Position numbers and translations under genes: made by a program. From the IMG/VR virus record IMGVR_UViG_3300031992_000028: DNA of 64,000 nt, one strand, 5' to 3'. Position 1 is the stretch's first letter; the number at the start of each line of letters is the position of its first letter. Below the pieces are notes generated by a model. That model did no database searches and was not told the DNA's origin. It saw only the letters and a list, made by a program, of their open reading frames with translations. Shown in pieces: positions 11,099 through 24,333 of this stretch. This DNA is from a virus. Lineage: Duplodnaviria; Caudoviricetes.

Positions 11099-12814
11099 GT
11101 GATCTACATCAGAGAGATCGTTCCAAGAAAATTTTCCGGGCTAAGTTCATTCTTAGTCTCTTTTCAGTATGACCCAAAGATAGTGGAGGCAATCAAAACA
11201 GTTCCAGCTTACTACTATCACAAGAAAGATTTGTGCTGAGAAATTCCAAGTGACTATCTTGCCACTCTTTTAGACACACTTACTTTCTTAGATAATATAC
11301 AACTGATAATGCTTCCTGAAACTGAGGTAATTCCAAATCCAGGCGATTTCAGTTTGACCCAGGCGGAAATAGACCAACTTCACTTCAAGCCATTTCCACA
11401 TCAAGTAGATGCGATCAACTACGGCTTAAATCCGAAACACACTAAGTGGCTCTTATTAGACAGCATGGGTCTCGGCAAGACTTTAGAGATCATCGGATAT
11501 GCGGAAACTCTAAAATCCAGGGGTCTTATCGATCATGCACTAATTATCTGCGGAGTAGATTCACTAAGACAGAACTGGAAATCCGAAATTGAGAAGTTTT
11601 CAAACTATGGTGTTAGAGTCTTAGGCGAATACATCACTAAGAATGGAACTATCAGATACAGAACTATTCCAGAAAGAGCTGCGGAGTTAAAAGAACCGAT
11701 TTCAGAATTTTTCGTAGTAATTAACGCTGCCACATTAAGACACGATGAAGTGATCGATGCTTTTAAGAAATCTAAGAACAAGTTTGGGTTGATTGCAGTA
11801 GATGAAGTGCATCGCTTTGCATCGTCAACATCGCAACAAGGTGACAATCTACTAAAACTAAAATCCGACTACAAGGTTGCAGCTACAGGTACACTTTTAC
11901 TAAATTCACCAATCAGCTGTTATGTACCTCTAGTGTGGACTGAGAACGATCACAGCATCTTGACGAACTTCAAAGCTCAGTACTGTAAATTCGGCGGTTT
12001 TGGTGATAAACAGATCGTTGGATATAAGAATTTAGAGACACTAAGAGAAGAAATTAACTCATGTATGATCCGAAGAACGCTGGATCAAGTGCGAGACGAC
12101 ATGCCACTAAAGAACATTACTTACCAGATAGTAGAAATGTCTGATCAACATCGTAAGTTTTATGATGCTATAGTGGACGGTGTAAAATCAGAAGCTGATA
12201 AGATCAAGCTCAACACATCGAACTTACTTGCGTTAACTACCAGACTTCGCCAGGCTACAGCATGTCCTAGTGTGCTTACCACTCAGAACATCGTAAGCTC
12301 TAAGGTCGAAAGAGCTGCGGAAATAGCTACAGATCTACTAGAGTCAGGCGAGAAAGTTGTAGTGTTTAGCATGTTCAAGGAATCTGTACAGGCTTTAGCT
12401 ACGATGCTAGCACAGTACAAGCCGCTAATCTGTACAGGTGATTATACTGAACAGCAGATCAAGTCTAGTGTGGAAGCTTTCCAAAATGATCCGAATTCGA
12501 AATTACTGATCGGCACACATCAGAAGATGGGCACTGGATTCACACTAAATTCCGCATCGTACTTGATCTGCATCGACACACCGTGGACTGATGCTTCACT
12601 GAGTCAGTCTACAGATCGTATCTGGCGAATCACTAACAAGTATCCAGCATATGTTACCGTACTTACTTGCGCTGATACTATTGATGAACGTGTTAGAGAG
12701 ATTGTTGAAACTAAGAAGGATCTATCTGACTACATGATCGACGGCGTAGAAAATGAGCTCGCAGTTAGTGAACAGCTTTCGAATGAGATGCGCAGAATCA
12801 TTCAGAACCTTTAG
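11099..12814 (+). CDS. SNF2-family helicase/annealase with HARP-like N-terminus (code 4)
   Basis: DSMGLGKT, DEVH, ATGT, GTGFTL, QSTDRIWRI; N-terminal FQYDPKIVEAIK..C(TGA)EIP. Confidence 0.85.
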
Positions 12815-12880
12815 TGAATCTATGTGCGCGATGGAGAGAAACGTACGTGCGTACGTATACATGCATATGCGCGTTTCTTT

Positions 12881-12952
12881 TTAATAAATTATTAAATCAT
12901 TAAATTATTAAATTAATAAATCATTAAATTATTAAATTAATAAATTATTAAA
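12881..12952. repeat. AT-rich tandem 9-mer array (TAAATTATT/TAAATCATT)
   Basis: About 8 degenerate units; inverted counterpart at 10535-10590. Confidence 0.85.
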
Positions 12953-13007
12953 AATATTGTTTACTTGTCATGCAAATCGCGTTATAATATTATAGAGAGG
13001 TAAAGTT

Positions 13008-13586
13008 ATGGGAAGAGATACATTAAAAGTTATGGGTGCTTCAAACCACTGTGATGAAGAACGTTCTAAGTTAGATTACTATGGAACTGACCCTCGTTCA
13101 ACTAAAGCTTTATTAGCAGTAGAACAATTCGACCACGAAATTTGGGAACCATGTGCTGGACACCACTTAATGGTTAATACACTTATCGAAGCAGGATATC
13201 ATGTGTTAGCTACTGACATCGCAGAATATGATGGTGTTCAACATGCTAAGATGAATTTCCTAGACGTTGAAGGAAGTTGGGATGGAGATATCATTACTAA
13301 CCCACCATATGGACTATCAACTGAATTTGCAGTTAAAGCATTAGAGTTGGTAAAACCTGGACATAAAGTTGCGATGTTCCTACGAACCTTATTCTTAGAA
13401 GGAACAAAGAGATATGAGAAACTCTTTAAGGAAAACCCACCAAAAACTGTTTATGTCTTCACAAATCGTCAGGTGTCTGATAAGAATGATGACTTCAACA
13501 AAGGTTCAGCAGTTAGTTATTCCTGGTTTGTCTGGGAAAAAGGTTATACTGGACCAACACAAATAAAGTGGATAAGTTCTAAGTAA
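13008..13586 (+). CDS. DNA amino-methyltransferase (N6A/N4C)
   Basis: DYYGT, IWEPCAG, DIITNPPY, YSWFVWEKG. Confidence 0.85.
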   Translation: MGRDTLKVMGASNHCDEERSKLDYYGTDPRSTKALLAVEQFDHEIWEPCAGHHLMVNTLIEAGYHVLATDIAEYDGVQHAKMNFLDVEGSWDGDIITNPPYGLSTEFAVKALELVKPGHKVAMFLRTLFLEGTKRYEKLFKENPPKTVYVFTNRQVSDKNDDFNKGSAVSYSWFVWEKGYTGPTQIKWISSK

Positions 13587-13637
13587 AATTAGAACTTTTT
13601 TATTTACTTTATCTATATTGTATGTTATAATATAGTT

Positions 13638-13811
13638 ATGAAACAGAAGATTAAGATTATTGACAAAGTTACTGGAAAGACTCTTGAAAAAGAAGTAGAA
13701 ATTCGAAATCAAGATCATTTCAATGTGCAATTAAAAACTCGTGCACATATTTTTCGTAATCGTAAAAAATATAATCGTAAAATTAAACATAGACAGAAAG
13801 AAGAGGAATAA
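13638..13811 (+). CDS. small basic protein (57 aa)
   Basis: Leaderless ATG after a promoter; AHIFRNRKKYNRKIKH. Confidence 0.65.
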   Translation: MKQKIKIIDKVTGKTLEKEVEIRNQDHFNVQLKTRAHIFRNRKKYNRKIKHRQKEEE

Positions 13812-13814
13812 AAA

Positions 13815-16800
13815 ATGGAAATGGAACAAATTGATTTATCAGATCCAAAGAAATTTTTTGAAGAGCTTGTAAAGAAAGCATTAGAAGGTAAACAATCTAA
13901 TTTCGAATTTATCAGAAGCTATGGTATGCTTTCTGTTGCAAGACTTTATAGAAAAGGAACCAAGAGGGTTGCAAAAGTATTTAAAAATTTATGTAAAGAA
14001 ATTCTTGACAATTATTCTAAGTTAATTATTACAGATGAACAAAAAATTGATATGCTATTAGCCTATAAACAATTTGAGTCCTGTAGAGATTATTATTTAA
14101 AGGAATATGCAATCGCGAAAGATATGATTTCAGAATATCGAACATATGTATTTAGTGGTCATATACTTGAAATGCTCTCTGGTGGTTATAGGTCTGATTA
14201 TGAGTGTGTAGATTATAGAAAACTACCTTGGAAACTATTTTAAAGAGGAGGCTATATGGAAACAAAAATTTTAGAGCTTACTAAAGATGAAGCTGAGATG
14301 CTAGAATCTTATTTATTTAGAAAACAGATAAATTTAGAGAATGCAAATTTAACTGATTCGAAATGCTACCCACTAATTTGTAGTATCAGAGAAAAGTTAA
14401 AAAAGTAGTTTACATTTACGCACTAATGTGTTATAATATTATTAGAGGAGAATAATAATATGAAAGTTCAAAGTTCAACAATTTCAGACATTGATAGAGA
14501 AGTAATTAAAGGCGAGTTATTCTTAAAAGTTACATTTACAAATGGTAGAGAATATCTTTACGAAGGTGTGCCAGCAAATGTATATGAAGAATTCTTAACT
14601 TCAGAAAGTAAAGGCAAATTCTTACACGAGAATATCGTTGGCCGATATAATTATTCAAGAATTAAATAAAAAAACTATTTACAAATAACCGAATTTGTGT
14701 TATAATAATAGTGTAAGGTGGAATGGCGACCACCTAAAAAAACGGAGGTAAACAAAATGGCTAAAACTTACATGACTGGTTGGGGTATGCGTGGAGAGCG
14801 CACCGCAAGAGGCGGACGTGACGGAGTTCACTGTTCAGCACAATCTTATGACGGTTCAGTAATCGTCAGCAATCGCTATGTCAAAGATGACAATGGCAAT
14901 GAACACTTAGAGATCAGAGTTGGAACAAACGACGGATCAAGTTGTTATTCTGATTGGAATTCACCAGATTTCATTGGAACTCTTGATGAATTCAAGGCAC
15001 TCTTACAACTTCGTAAAGACATTAAAGAAGGTAAAGTGTCTGTTGTTAGACATCGTGATCCTGATGGTTCAAAGAAACTTAAGAAACAAATGGCCTATTT
15101 AGGCATTAAATAATGACATCCTCTCTTTCTGAAAAGTTGGTCTGTAAAAAGATCAACTTTTTATTTACTTTTTTTCAAAAACATGTTATAATAATAGTAG
15201 AGAGGTGAGAGATATGAAAGATAAAGAATTAGCAAAACAAGAATATCTTGAAATGATCAAGCAGTCCTGGACTTGGGCTAAACTTACAGAAGAGGAAAGA
15301 GAAAAGTTTTCTGAGCTATTGGAACATCCTTGTTCAGCAGTAGTCATTAAAGGAAACTACGAACAACGTTGGGAAGCATGCGAAGCTTTATACCACACTT
15401 ACTTAGAAGGGCTTGGATATGACCCACTTGAGTGGAGAGAAGCTCAACCAACTGTTTCTACATTCTATGAGTTAAACTATAAGACTCATGGCGAACCAGT
15501 GCCACCACTTCAAATAACAAATGAAGTTCAAGCAAAGCGTTTGGCAAAAGCAGCAACCATTATGAATGGAAATACAAATGTTTCATTAACTAAAGTTGAT
15601 TTAGTTACTACAAAAGTGAGGTTAGACTAATTATGTTAAAAGAATATAAAATTAAAGTAACTTCAGTAGATTACAGCATTACTTACGAAGACCTTAACTT
15701 CGACCCATTTGATTCTGTTTTCAATAGCGATGATGATATGGACGAAGCAGAGAGACAAGCTGATGAAGAAATTGCTAAGATTAAAGCAGAATTGCCACAA
15801 GAATTAGAATTGGAAATTACTTGTGAACCAGAAGACCTTGAGGACGAAATAGCTGATGCCATTAGTGATGAGACTGGTTGGCTTAACAACTCATTTACTT
15901 ATGAAATTATCAGTGAAGAAGATGCAGGAGGCCACTATAATGAAGATGGCTACTGGGTGGCTGATGATGATGACTATGAAGAAGATGAAGAAAGTGCATC
16001 AGACTTCTTTGAAAATATCGAAATTGAAGTGAAAGGTCATACAGTGTATTTGGCGCACGACGGTAGTAGTGGTTGTGAGTATGAGTTCAAGAGCAAAGAT
16101 GAACTAAAACAAATCATTGCTGACTATGTTGCTGACGTAATTGACTACGATTACGAAGACTAATAAAAAATTAAGTAAATTGTGTAAAAACAGTTTACTT
16201 TTTTTCATATTTGTGATATAATAATAGTATAAGAGAGGTAATTAAAATATGGAATTAAATGGAAAAACATTAGAAGAAGTTCTAAACACTGAATTAGTTG
16301 GTAAGGATGTTGGTTATTCACATTGGAACTTTACCGGCGCATTGATGAAAGTTATTCGTATCTTAGCAAAAGATGCTGGCTTAAATGAGTTAGACTTTAG
16401 TTATAAAACACAAGGCACTAATTCAGTGTATCTCACATACAAAGGTGTAAGTTTTGGCGATGCTACATTTCAAAAGCAAAAAGGTAAATATCATTATGGA
16501 AGTTATGAATGGACTTTCAAAAAAATATTTGTTAACTTATGGAATGAAGACGGTTATTCAAGTTACAAAGGTTTAACTTTCTTAGAAATGATTGCTAAGA
16601 TCAATGAGGAGTTAGATGTTAAGAAAACTAGAGAGCAAGCCAAACTTGAACAAGCAAAACAAATTTTTCAACTGATTAAAGAAAAAATTGGTGCTAAAGA
16701 CGATTACGAAGTTAGTTATTTCATTGAGTATATGAATAAAAACAGATATTCACTTCGTCAATAATTCTTATAAAAATTTAAGTAAATTCTTCAAAAAAGG

Positions 16801-19800
16801 GTTTACTTTTTTATTAAAATATGTTATAATTATAATAGAGAGAGGTTAAGAGAACTATGAAAAAATACTTAATTCATTTTATGAGTGTTGATACCCCAAG
16901 CGTTGAAGACGATGGTATTGATGCAGGAACTGGTTTTGGAATTTTAGACAAAACCTTTGACACAAAAGAAGATGCTGAAAAGTATCTTGAAGAAACTTTG
17001 ATTCCAGAAGACCAAGCCAATTTGGAAGATTGCTACGGAATTACTGATGATCCTGAACTTGCTGACAGTTATGAGTTTTCTGTTGAAGACGGTAGTTATG
17101 ATAGAAAGCAATTAGTTGTTTACGATAAGTTTGACGGAAATGAACTTAATACAACTATCTACGAAGTTGTGGAGGTTGAATTTTAATGAGAACAGTTTAT
17201 ATTGTCGTTAAAGACGGAATTATTCAAGATGCTTATGCAGACCATCTCACTGATTTAGTGGTATTAGATTATGATACCCAAGATGAAGAAATGATTAAGC
17301 AACTTGATAAAGAACTTGCTAAGATTAAAGAAAGCAATGATTGTATTGAAATTCTATAAAGAGGAAATACATATGGAATTCGGAAAATTAGAACAAGAAG
17401 AATTTGAAAAAAGATGTGAAGAAGTATTTGACACTCAAGAAGATGAAGAATACTATGGAATTCGCATTGAAGACGACGGTCAAGTTTACATTGAGATGGG
17501 CGAGACTGGAAGCAAGGCAGAAGGTTTTAAGTGGGTTTACTTTGATTACAAACCTGATATGACAGAAAGACCAGAAGCATTAGATTACTTAATGGGAAAG
17601 AGAGACGATTTCAATGATTGATAATGTTGTTTATGTTATTGTAGATTGTTGCAGTGGTGAAGATTACAGCACTGACGATCCAACAGTATTATTTGTTACT
17701 AATGATTTAGAAACTGGAATTCAATTCTTTGAAAATGAAATTGAAAACTGGGAAGATGGAATGACTGATTTCGACAGCCACAGAGAAATTCATGAAGATG
17801 GAAAGATCATTTATGAATGCACTGACTTTGAAGGTGATTCACATAGAATCTTAAAGTTAGTTAAAACAATAGTTGAATAAAAATTAAAAAAGCCGTTTAC
17901 AAATGCGGCTTTTTATGTTATAATATTAATAGAGAGTTGAGGTAATTACTATGAATAAAAAGAATATTGTTACAAAAGAAAACATTGCTAAAGTTGCTGG
18001 TTGGTTAAAGACAGCTTGTGATGACTTTGCAAATAATGATGCAAGCGGTTGCTATAATTTCCCACTATCTGATGACTTAGTATTGGCAGTTGGCTGGTCT
18101 GATGGTTATGACATGGCTGATACTGATATTATCAAATCTAAAGAAGGTCAAAGACAACATGGTTCTTGGGTTTGTGGTTGGGCAGTAAATGCGGCAGTTA
18201 AAGTTAGAAATGACTTCGATTGTGCTGACTTCGATATGTTAAACTATCCTTGCTATAATGATGGTGAATGCTGGGACAGTGGAATTTCCATGAAACCAAA
18301 TCAAACTCGTAGAGAGTATCGTAGAGACGCTCGTTGGTTCTTAGAAACATTTGTGTCTATGACAAATGCTCACAAGAGAGGTGAAATTAGTTATGAGTAA
18401 AGAAGAGACATATACAATTATTGTTCATTTTTCTGGACATGAAGATCAAGTTCGACATGGTGTTGATAAATTAAATGCTAGTATAATTCCCGCTGAATTC
18501 GAAATAGCATTCCCAAAAGAATTCAAGAGTGGAAAGATGAGTATTGAAGTAATTAAAGAATAAATTAAATAACCCGTTTACAGAAGCGGGTTTTTGTGTT
18601 ATAATAATAATGAGGAAAATAATATGATTAAATTAAAACAAGTTAGTCCTGAAAATGTTTGGTATGAATTCGAAGACGAAGTTGACTTTGATCAATACAA
18701 AGATAAAATGGTTATCACTGGGAATAGAGACTTCAAGTCTATCGGTGATGATACTTTAATCAGTGTTGTTAAAGGCGATTACTATGATGAAGATCAAACT
18801 TTAGTCGAGAATCCTGATGGTAGTTGCTACGAAGATACTATCGGATATGACTACGAAACAGCAGAAGAATTAGCAAAGCTTTCTGGTAAGAAAAACTGGG
18901 TGGAAGGCGACTTCCGCGGATACTCACAAGGCGATTGGCAAACTATCTGGTTCGTTAAAGATGAAGTTACTCAAGATGAAATTAAATACATGGAAAACTT
19001 CTACATGGGCAAGATGAGTGAATTTCATGATGAAGATATGTGTTGCTACTATGTGCCCGATGATGTAGTATGGAAAGGCAAGAAAGAAATTTGTGACTAC
19101 CTTGGGCTCAACCCCGATGACACAGAGATTTATGATGAAAATGAAAATTTAGTTGAATAAACTATTTACATTTTCTATTTTTCGTGTTATAATATATTTG
19201 AAGAGAGGTAAGAAGTATGGGCTTTAATAAAATTAGAACCATTAGAGTTAGCGAAAGAGTATTTGATATTGTCTGTGAGGCTTTAGATAATGAGGCAACA
19301 GAAAATTATGTTAAAATTTCCGGATACTTAGAATGCTTTAACAATTGCAGAGAACAAGGTTATGTCCTTCATGTTGATTCAGTTGATTGGGACAATCCTA
19401 ATAAAACTAAAAAAGATTTATGTGTTTGGGCTTTTGAAGCAAGAAGTTCAGATGAGATCGTCGTAAGTTGGCAAACTGAATATCCACACAACGGAATGTT
19501 CAGCGAAGAAACTTATAAAGAACGCAGAAAATATTTCCATTATGATGAACTTCAAAAAGCAGCAGACTTTATTATCGATTTAGTTAAAGAACATTTTGCC
19601 AATGAATTCAGAGGTGAATAATATGAAAGACGAATTTGACGAATTATTAGAAGAATTAAATTTAGAAAACTTTGGTGAAGACTTCGATGTTAAGCCAGCT
19701 ATATATCAAGTGTGGATGTTAGGCTACAATGAAGATGAAGCTATTACTGATTATGAAGTAATGGTTAATGAATCTAAAGACGCCGAATATGCAGTGGAAT

Positions 19801-20301
19801 ATGCTAAGAAATTCGTAGAAGAAAAACGTTATGAGTCTTCAGCGCCATTCCCAGAAGATGTTGCTTACATCGAAATATTAGTCGAGACTGTTGTGGATTT
19901 TGAAGATCACACAGAAAATGTCGGAACTTTATTTACAACAACTGTAAAAGTGAAATAAACTATTTACAAATTAATTTTTACATGTTATAATATAAATGAC
20001 AATGGAGGACTGATTTATGGTAAAGTCAAAACATTTAGGAAAGAAATTTGGTCGCTGGACTGTTACAAGAATTAGCAGAGAACGTGATGGACACTATCGT
20101 TTCTATTTAACTAGAAAGACAAGCGATGGCGCAATTAAGACTGTTGGTTTAACAAATGTTACAATGGCAAGATTAGCTCGTGGTGAAACTAGCATCACAA
20201 CTTTGTTAAAGAACAAACAATTCCAAAGAAACAAATTCCCAAGCAGATCTTATAGAAACTCTGTTTGGTATACTTACAACACAAACGGTAGCTTAGAATA
20301 A
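13815..20301 (+). other. early-module cluster of about 17 small hypothetical genes (13815, 14460, 14757, 15214, 15633, 16249, 16857, 17186, 17373, 17614, 17951, 18393, 18624, 19217, 19623, 20017 and others)
   Basis: Short, often acidic ORFs with GAGG SDs; most units have their own TTTACA/T-TGnTATAAT promoter; Trp encoded by TGG. Confidence 0.8.
14460..14669 (+). CDS. KTSC domain protein
   Basis: VQSSTI..LKVTFTNGREYLYEGVP..FLTSESKGKFLHENI. Confidence 0.85.
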   Translation: MKVQSSTISDIDREVIKGELFLKVTFTNGREYLYEGVPANVYEEFLTSESKGKFLHENIVGRYNYSRIK

Positions 20302-20329
20302 CTATCGGTATCGAAAGGAGGAAGTTGCT

Positions 20330-21247
20330 GTGGCAAGTCAAACATTTAACAACTTCAAGAATTACGCAAATCAATTAGAGAAAGAACTTGGTATTAAATA
20401 TGATGCTAAGCCTTATAAAGATACTATCAGGGTTATGCTTGATGGTTTTTGCAAAGCAATGGATGAAGGCGATGAACATCTTAAGAACTTATATATCAGT
20501 GGTTTAATCTTACGTCATTGGGATAAAGTAAAGAAACTTGCAGATAGTTGCCCTGGCATCGATCTTAAAGGCGAAGAGTTCGTCGACTGGGTTTACGAAG
20601 CAATTATGCTTGCTTGTGAATATCGTAAATGGCAAAAAGACGAAAGTGTCAATGCTCAACAATGTATCAATCAATGTATTGAAACTATCAGGGTTAGACA
20701 CTACTATGAATATAACTTAGACAAACACAAAGCGAACTACAATACTGTCTCTTTAGAAACCCCTGTTGGCGATGGAGACGATAATGGTGTTCAAAAAACT
20801 TTGATGGATACTATGCATGATGAGAATGCGGAAGAAGCTGCTAGAGTAGCAGAAAGTAATAACGCTGCTCGACACATCGTTCAGATGTTTATCAACAAAA
20901 ACAGAATTGTCGAAGCAATTATCATGGACATCATTGCTTTTGGTGATACTGAAAAAATTACTAAACACATTAAACGTGGCATTGACGAAAATGGTGAGGC
21001 TTACAAGTATATAACTTACACACGTGAGTTCTGGAAGTTCAAAGCAGTCCAACTTCTTTCAAACTTGCCAGAAGACTACCAACAATACTTCCTTGAAAAC
21101 TATTTAGTTAATACAGCAGCATTAGATGCAGCTTTAAACGTGCTTAGAAAGGCCAATAACAACAAATTATACCGTGAGTTAGATAAAAGCCTATCTGCAG
21201 CAAAAGTAATCCTACAAGCGTCTATGTGAGCTGAAAATAATAATTAA
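20330..21247 (+). CDS. phage RNA polymerase sigma-like factor (ends 21229 if the TGA is a stop)
   Basis: GAAAGGAGG SD; TVSLETPVGDGDD..TLMDTM resembles sigma70 region 3.2; region-2-like helical N-terminal half. Confidence 0.6.
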
Positions 21248-21308
21248 AATAAAACAACCTTCCAAATTGGGAGGTTTTCATGTTGTATAATAAAGTGAGG
21301 ATTTGATT

Positions 21309-22037
21309 ATGTGGTTAGATATAATGAGCCAGTATAATACACTTCAAGTAAATATCAAATTGGCAAATTTACTTGGGTTAGAAGTTGCTACTTATTGGGC
21401 GGCATTGATGGATGTGTATGCGAGAGTAGTGAATAAATATAAAGATGAGTTAGAAGCGAATTCAGGATATTTTGAACTCGACAGAGACTATATTACTAAG
21501 AGAACGACATTACAGTTAGACAAACAGTTAGAGATCGATGCAGGACTCGGTAAACTTGGTGTGCTACAACATCGTAGCGAAAACGAACTGAATTGGATCA
21601 CACTAGATGTAGAAAAGCTTTGTGCGATCTTAGTAGATGACAGTATCGATGCAATCAGAGATGTTCAACGCGTTTCTAAACTTAGACGAGAAGATACCGC
21701 TCGTGCCAAGAAAGCATCGGTTAGAATTAACTTAGTCGCAGCACTAAAAGAAACTGATCCAGATGTGCTTACTGCTTACAATAACTGGATCGATGCACTG
21801 TTAGAAGCTAAGAAGCCGATTACTAGACAAGCTTTGGATATATACCAGAATAACTTAAACAATTATACTGATAATAAACAAGCGAAAATTAAAATTCTTG
21901 AGATTGCGACAACAAATGCTTACACTGAATTTGCATGGTCTATGAAGATTTACGAAAAAGATTATCGTGGCAATGGAACATTTATTGGTGTAAAGCAAAA
22001 TAGAACTAGCGGAATTGATCCGAATTCAGGTTTTTAG
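21309..22037 (+). CDS. replication initiator / replisome-organizer-like protein
   Basis: VNIKLANLLGLEVA..GYFELDRDYITKRTTL..LGKLGVL wHTH-like pattern. Confidence 0.5.
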   Translation: MWLDIMSQYNTLQVNIKLANLLGLEVATYWAALMDVYARVVNKYKDELEANSGYFELDRDYITKRTTLQLDKQLEIDAGLGKLGVLQHRSENELNWITLDVEKLCAILVDDSIDAIRDVQRVSKLRREDTARAKKASVRINLVAALKETDPDVLTAYNNWIDALLEAKKPITRQALDIYQNNLNNYTDNKQAKIKILEIATTNAYTEFAWSMKIYEKDYRGNGTFIGVKQNRTSGIDPNSGF

Positions 22038-22049
22038 GAGAAATTTAGT

Positions 22050-22343
22050 ATGAATGAATTTATAGCAAGACGATCATTAGAAGAAGATGCACTTCTAGAA
22101 TATATTTCGAAAGCAAGAGTGCTAGATGATCTGTATCATCGAACAGGTGAGTTAGAAGAAACTATTGAAGCGATGGATAAAAACATCGACGATGTTGAGG
22201 AAACTGGTTTAGATGAAATTGTAGAAGCGATGTGCAAAGCTCGCAATGCACTAAATTTAGAAAGACTTGACCTCGAAATTCAAATTCACAAGTTAGAACT
22301 TTGGTTGGCAGAATTTGAAAGGATAAGACAAATAACCCGATAA
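22050..22343 (+). CDS. coiled-coil hypothetical protein
   Basis: ORF with AGGAG SD. Confidence 0.7.
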   Translation: MNEFIARRSLEEDALLEYISKARVLDDLYHRTGELEETIEAMDKNIDDVEETGLDEIVEAMCKARNALNLERLDLEIQIHKLELWLAEFERIRQITR

Positions 22344-22359
22344 ATTCGGGTTTTTATTT

Positions 22360-22685
22360 ACGAATTTAGTGTGGTTAGCGGAGCAGTCTAGCGTGATGAT
22401 CAGGTAACTGATCTGTAACATGTGACTGTAACTTGTACGATGATCTGTAACTGATCTGTAAAATTTGTACGGTCTAGTGAAATCCGCACCGGCATCCTGA
22501 CACACTAAACAGATGAATCAGGATACTGATCAGGCTTTCTAGTGCGATGTACAGTAACAGATACAGTAACCAGTGCGATGTATAGTGACAGACAGTAACG
22601 ATACAGTACTGTGTAACTGGATTTAGATTCACTAGAACTTGAAAACAGGTTGATTTCGTGCATGTGTATGTGCGTTTCTTTTTAA
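22360..22685. repeat. non-coding TAGTG/GATC-rich island
   Basis: TYTAGTG/CACTARA x5, GATCTGTAA x3, CAGTAAC x3; no credible ORF. Confidence 0.7.
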
Positions 22686-24333
22686 TTAAAAAAAGTATTT
22701 ACAAATCTTTAGTATTGTGATATAATATATATAGAGAGTGAGGAAAGTTATTATGAAACCTATGACAGTTAAAAGATTAAAAGAACTTTGTGAAGAACAA
22801 ATTAAAAAAGGTAATGGAGATAAGATTGTTGTCCTAAGTAATGACGATGAAGGTAATGGTTATCACGAATGTTATTACGAGTTTACCGAAGACGTTGCTG
22901 GTAATGATTTATGGGGAAGTATTGAAAACCCACAAAGTAAAATAATTCTTGGTTAGGAGGAACTAATAATGACAAGAGAAGAAAAATATAAGTTAATCGA
23001 ATTACTCGAAAAACTTAGAGACGAAAGAATCTTAGAAGTTGCGAAAGACTACGACTTAACCGAAAGAGAAGTCCGTGAAAAGTTATGTAGAGAACCTGAA
23101 GAAGTCTATGAGATGGATGATGGTGATAACTTACTTAACGGTATTGACATTGTGTTAGGTGTCTTAGAATAAAAAAGTTTAAAGTAGACGTAAAAAAACG
23201 TTTACTTTTTCTTTTAAACGTGATATAATATTTATAGAATAAAGAGAGGTAAAAAACAATGCAAGGACCAAAAGAAAAATATAATGCTGAAAAAGTATTA
23301 GAAAGATTAGAAGCAATGATTGAAAGAGGTTGCTCAAGAGAGATTAGACAAGTCTATGATGAACTATCAATCTTCGACTGGTGGCCAGAAAGATTAACTA
23401 TCACTCACATGAAACAAATGAGATCCTTCTTGAGAGAAGCAATCAAGTTAGGTTATACTGGTTATGTTTGCTTTAAAGTCGGTGCTTCTGGTTGCGCTAA
23501 TGGAATGTGGGCACACAAAGAAGAAGGTAAGGTAGAAGGTAAAGACGTCTACTCACCAGATGGCGATGCTATCTACAGAAGTTTTACACCTGATTATACT
23601 TATTGGTCATTCAATAAGAACGGTAAGTGGCTTCCAGATGGTGATACTCGTGGAACATATGACTCACTCAAAACTGCAAAGATGCTTGAAGAAGCACTTG
23701 CAAATGCCTAAATAAAAAAACTAAAAAGAGGTAAAAAACTATTTACTTCTTTTTTATTTTGTGGTATAATATATGTAGAGGATGAGGATATGAGATACAA
23801 CGTTAAAATTAAATTAAATAAAGATACTATCTACGAAGTTGAAGTTGAAGCTGATAATGAAAAAGATGCAATGTGCTTCGCTTATGATCAAATGGAAATG
23901 GATACTTACGCAGAACCAACTATGATTACGGAGGCTAAATAAAATGAAAGCAAAAAACTATAATCAAGTATTGAGAGCTCGTGGTTATAAAGCGAGAGAG
24001 CTTAGCGAGTATGAAGGAATTTGTATTTACGAGAAAGTTCATAAGTTTAACAAGATAGTTTGCTATGTTAAAAAAGACTCACATGGCAAAGGTCAAGAAA
24101 TGACTTTCAATATCTATGGAACTATGACTACACCAAAAGATATGGTTGAGTTCAAAGAGCAAGAGTTTGATAGAAGTTATCTTGCTAAAGAAGCAAATGC
24201 AATTCACGATGCTTTTGAAAAACTAAAAGAATTAAAAGCCCCTAAACATTTATATTGTTTCTAAAAAATTACATTAGCCCATTTACAAAGTGGGCTTTTT
24301 GTGTTATAATATATATGTAAAGAGGATAAGAAT

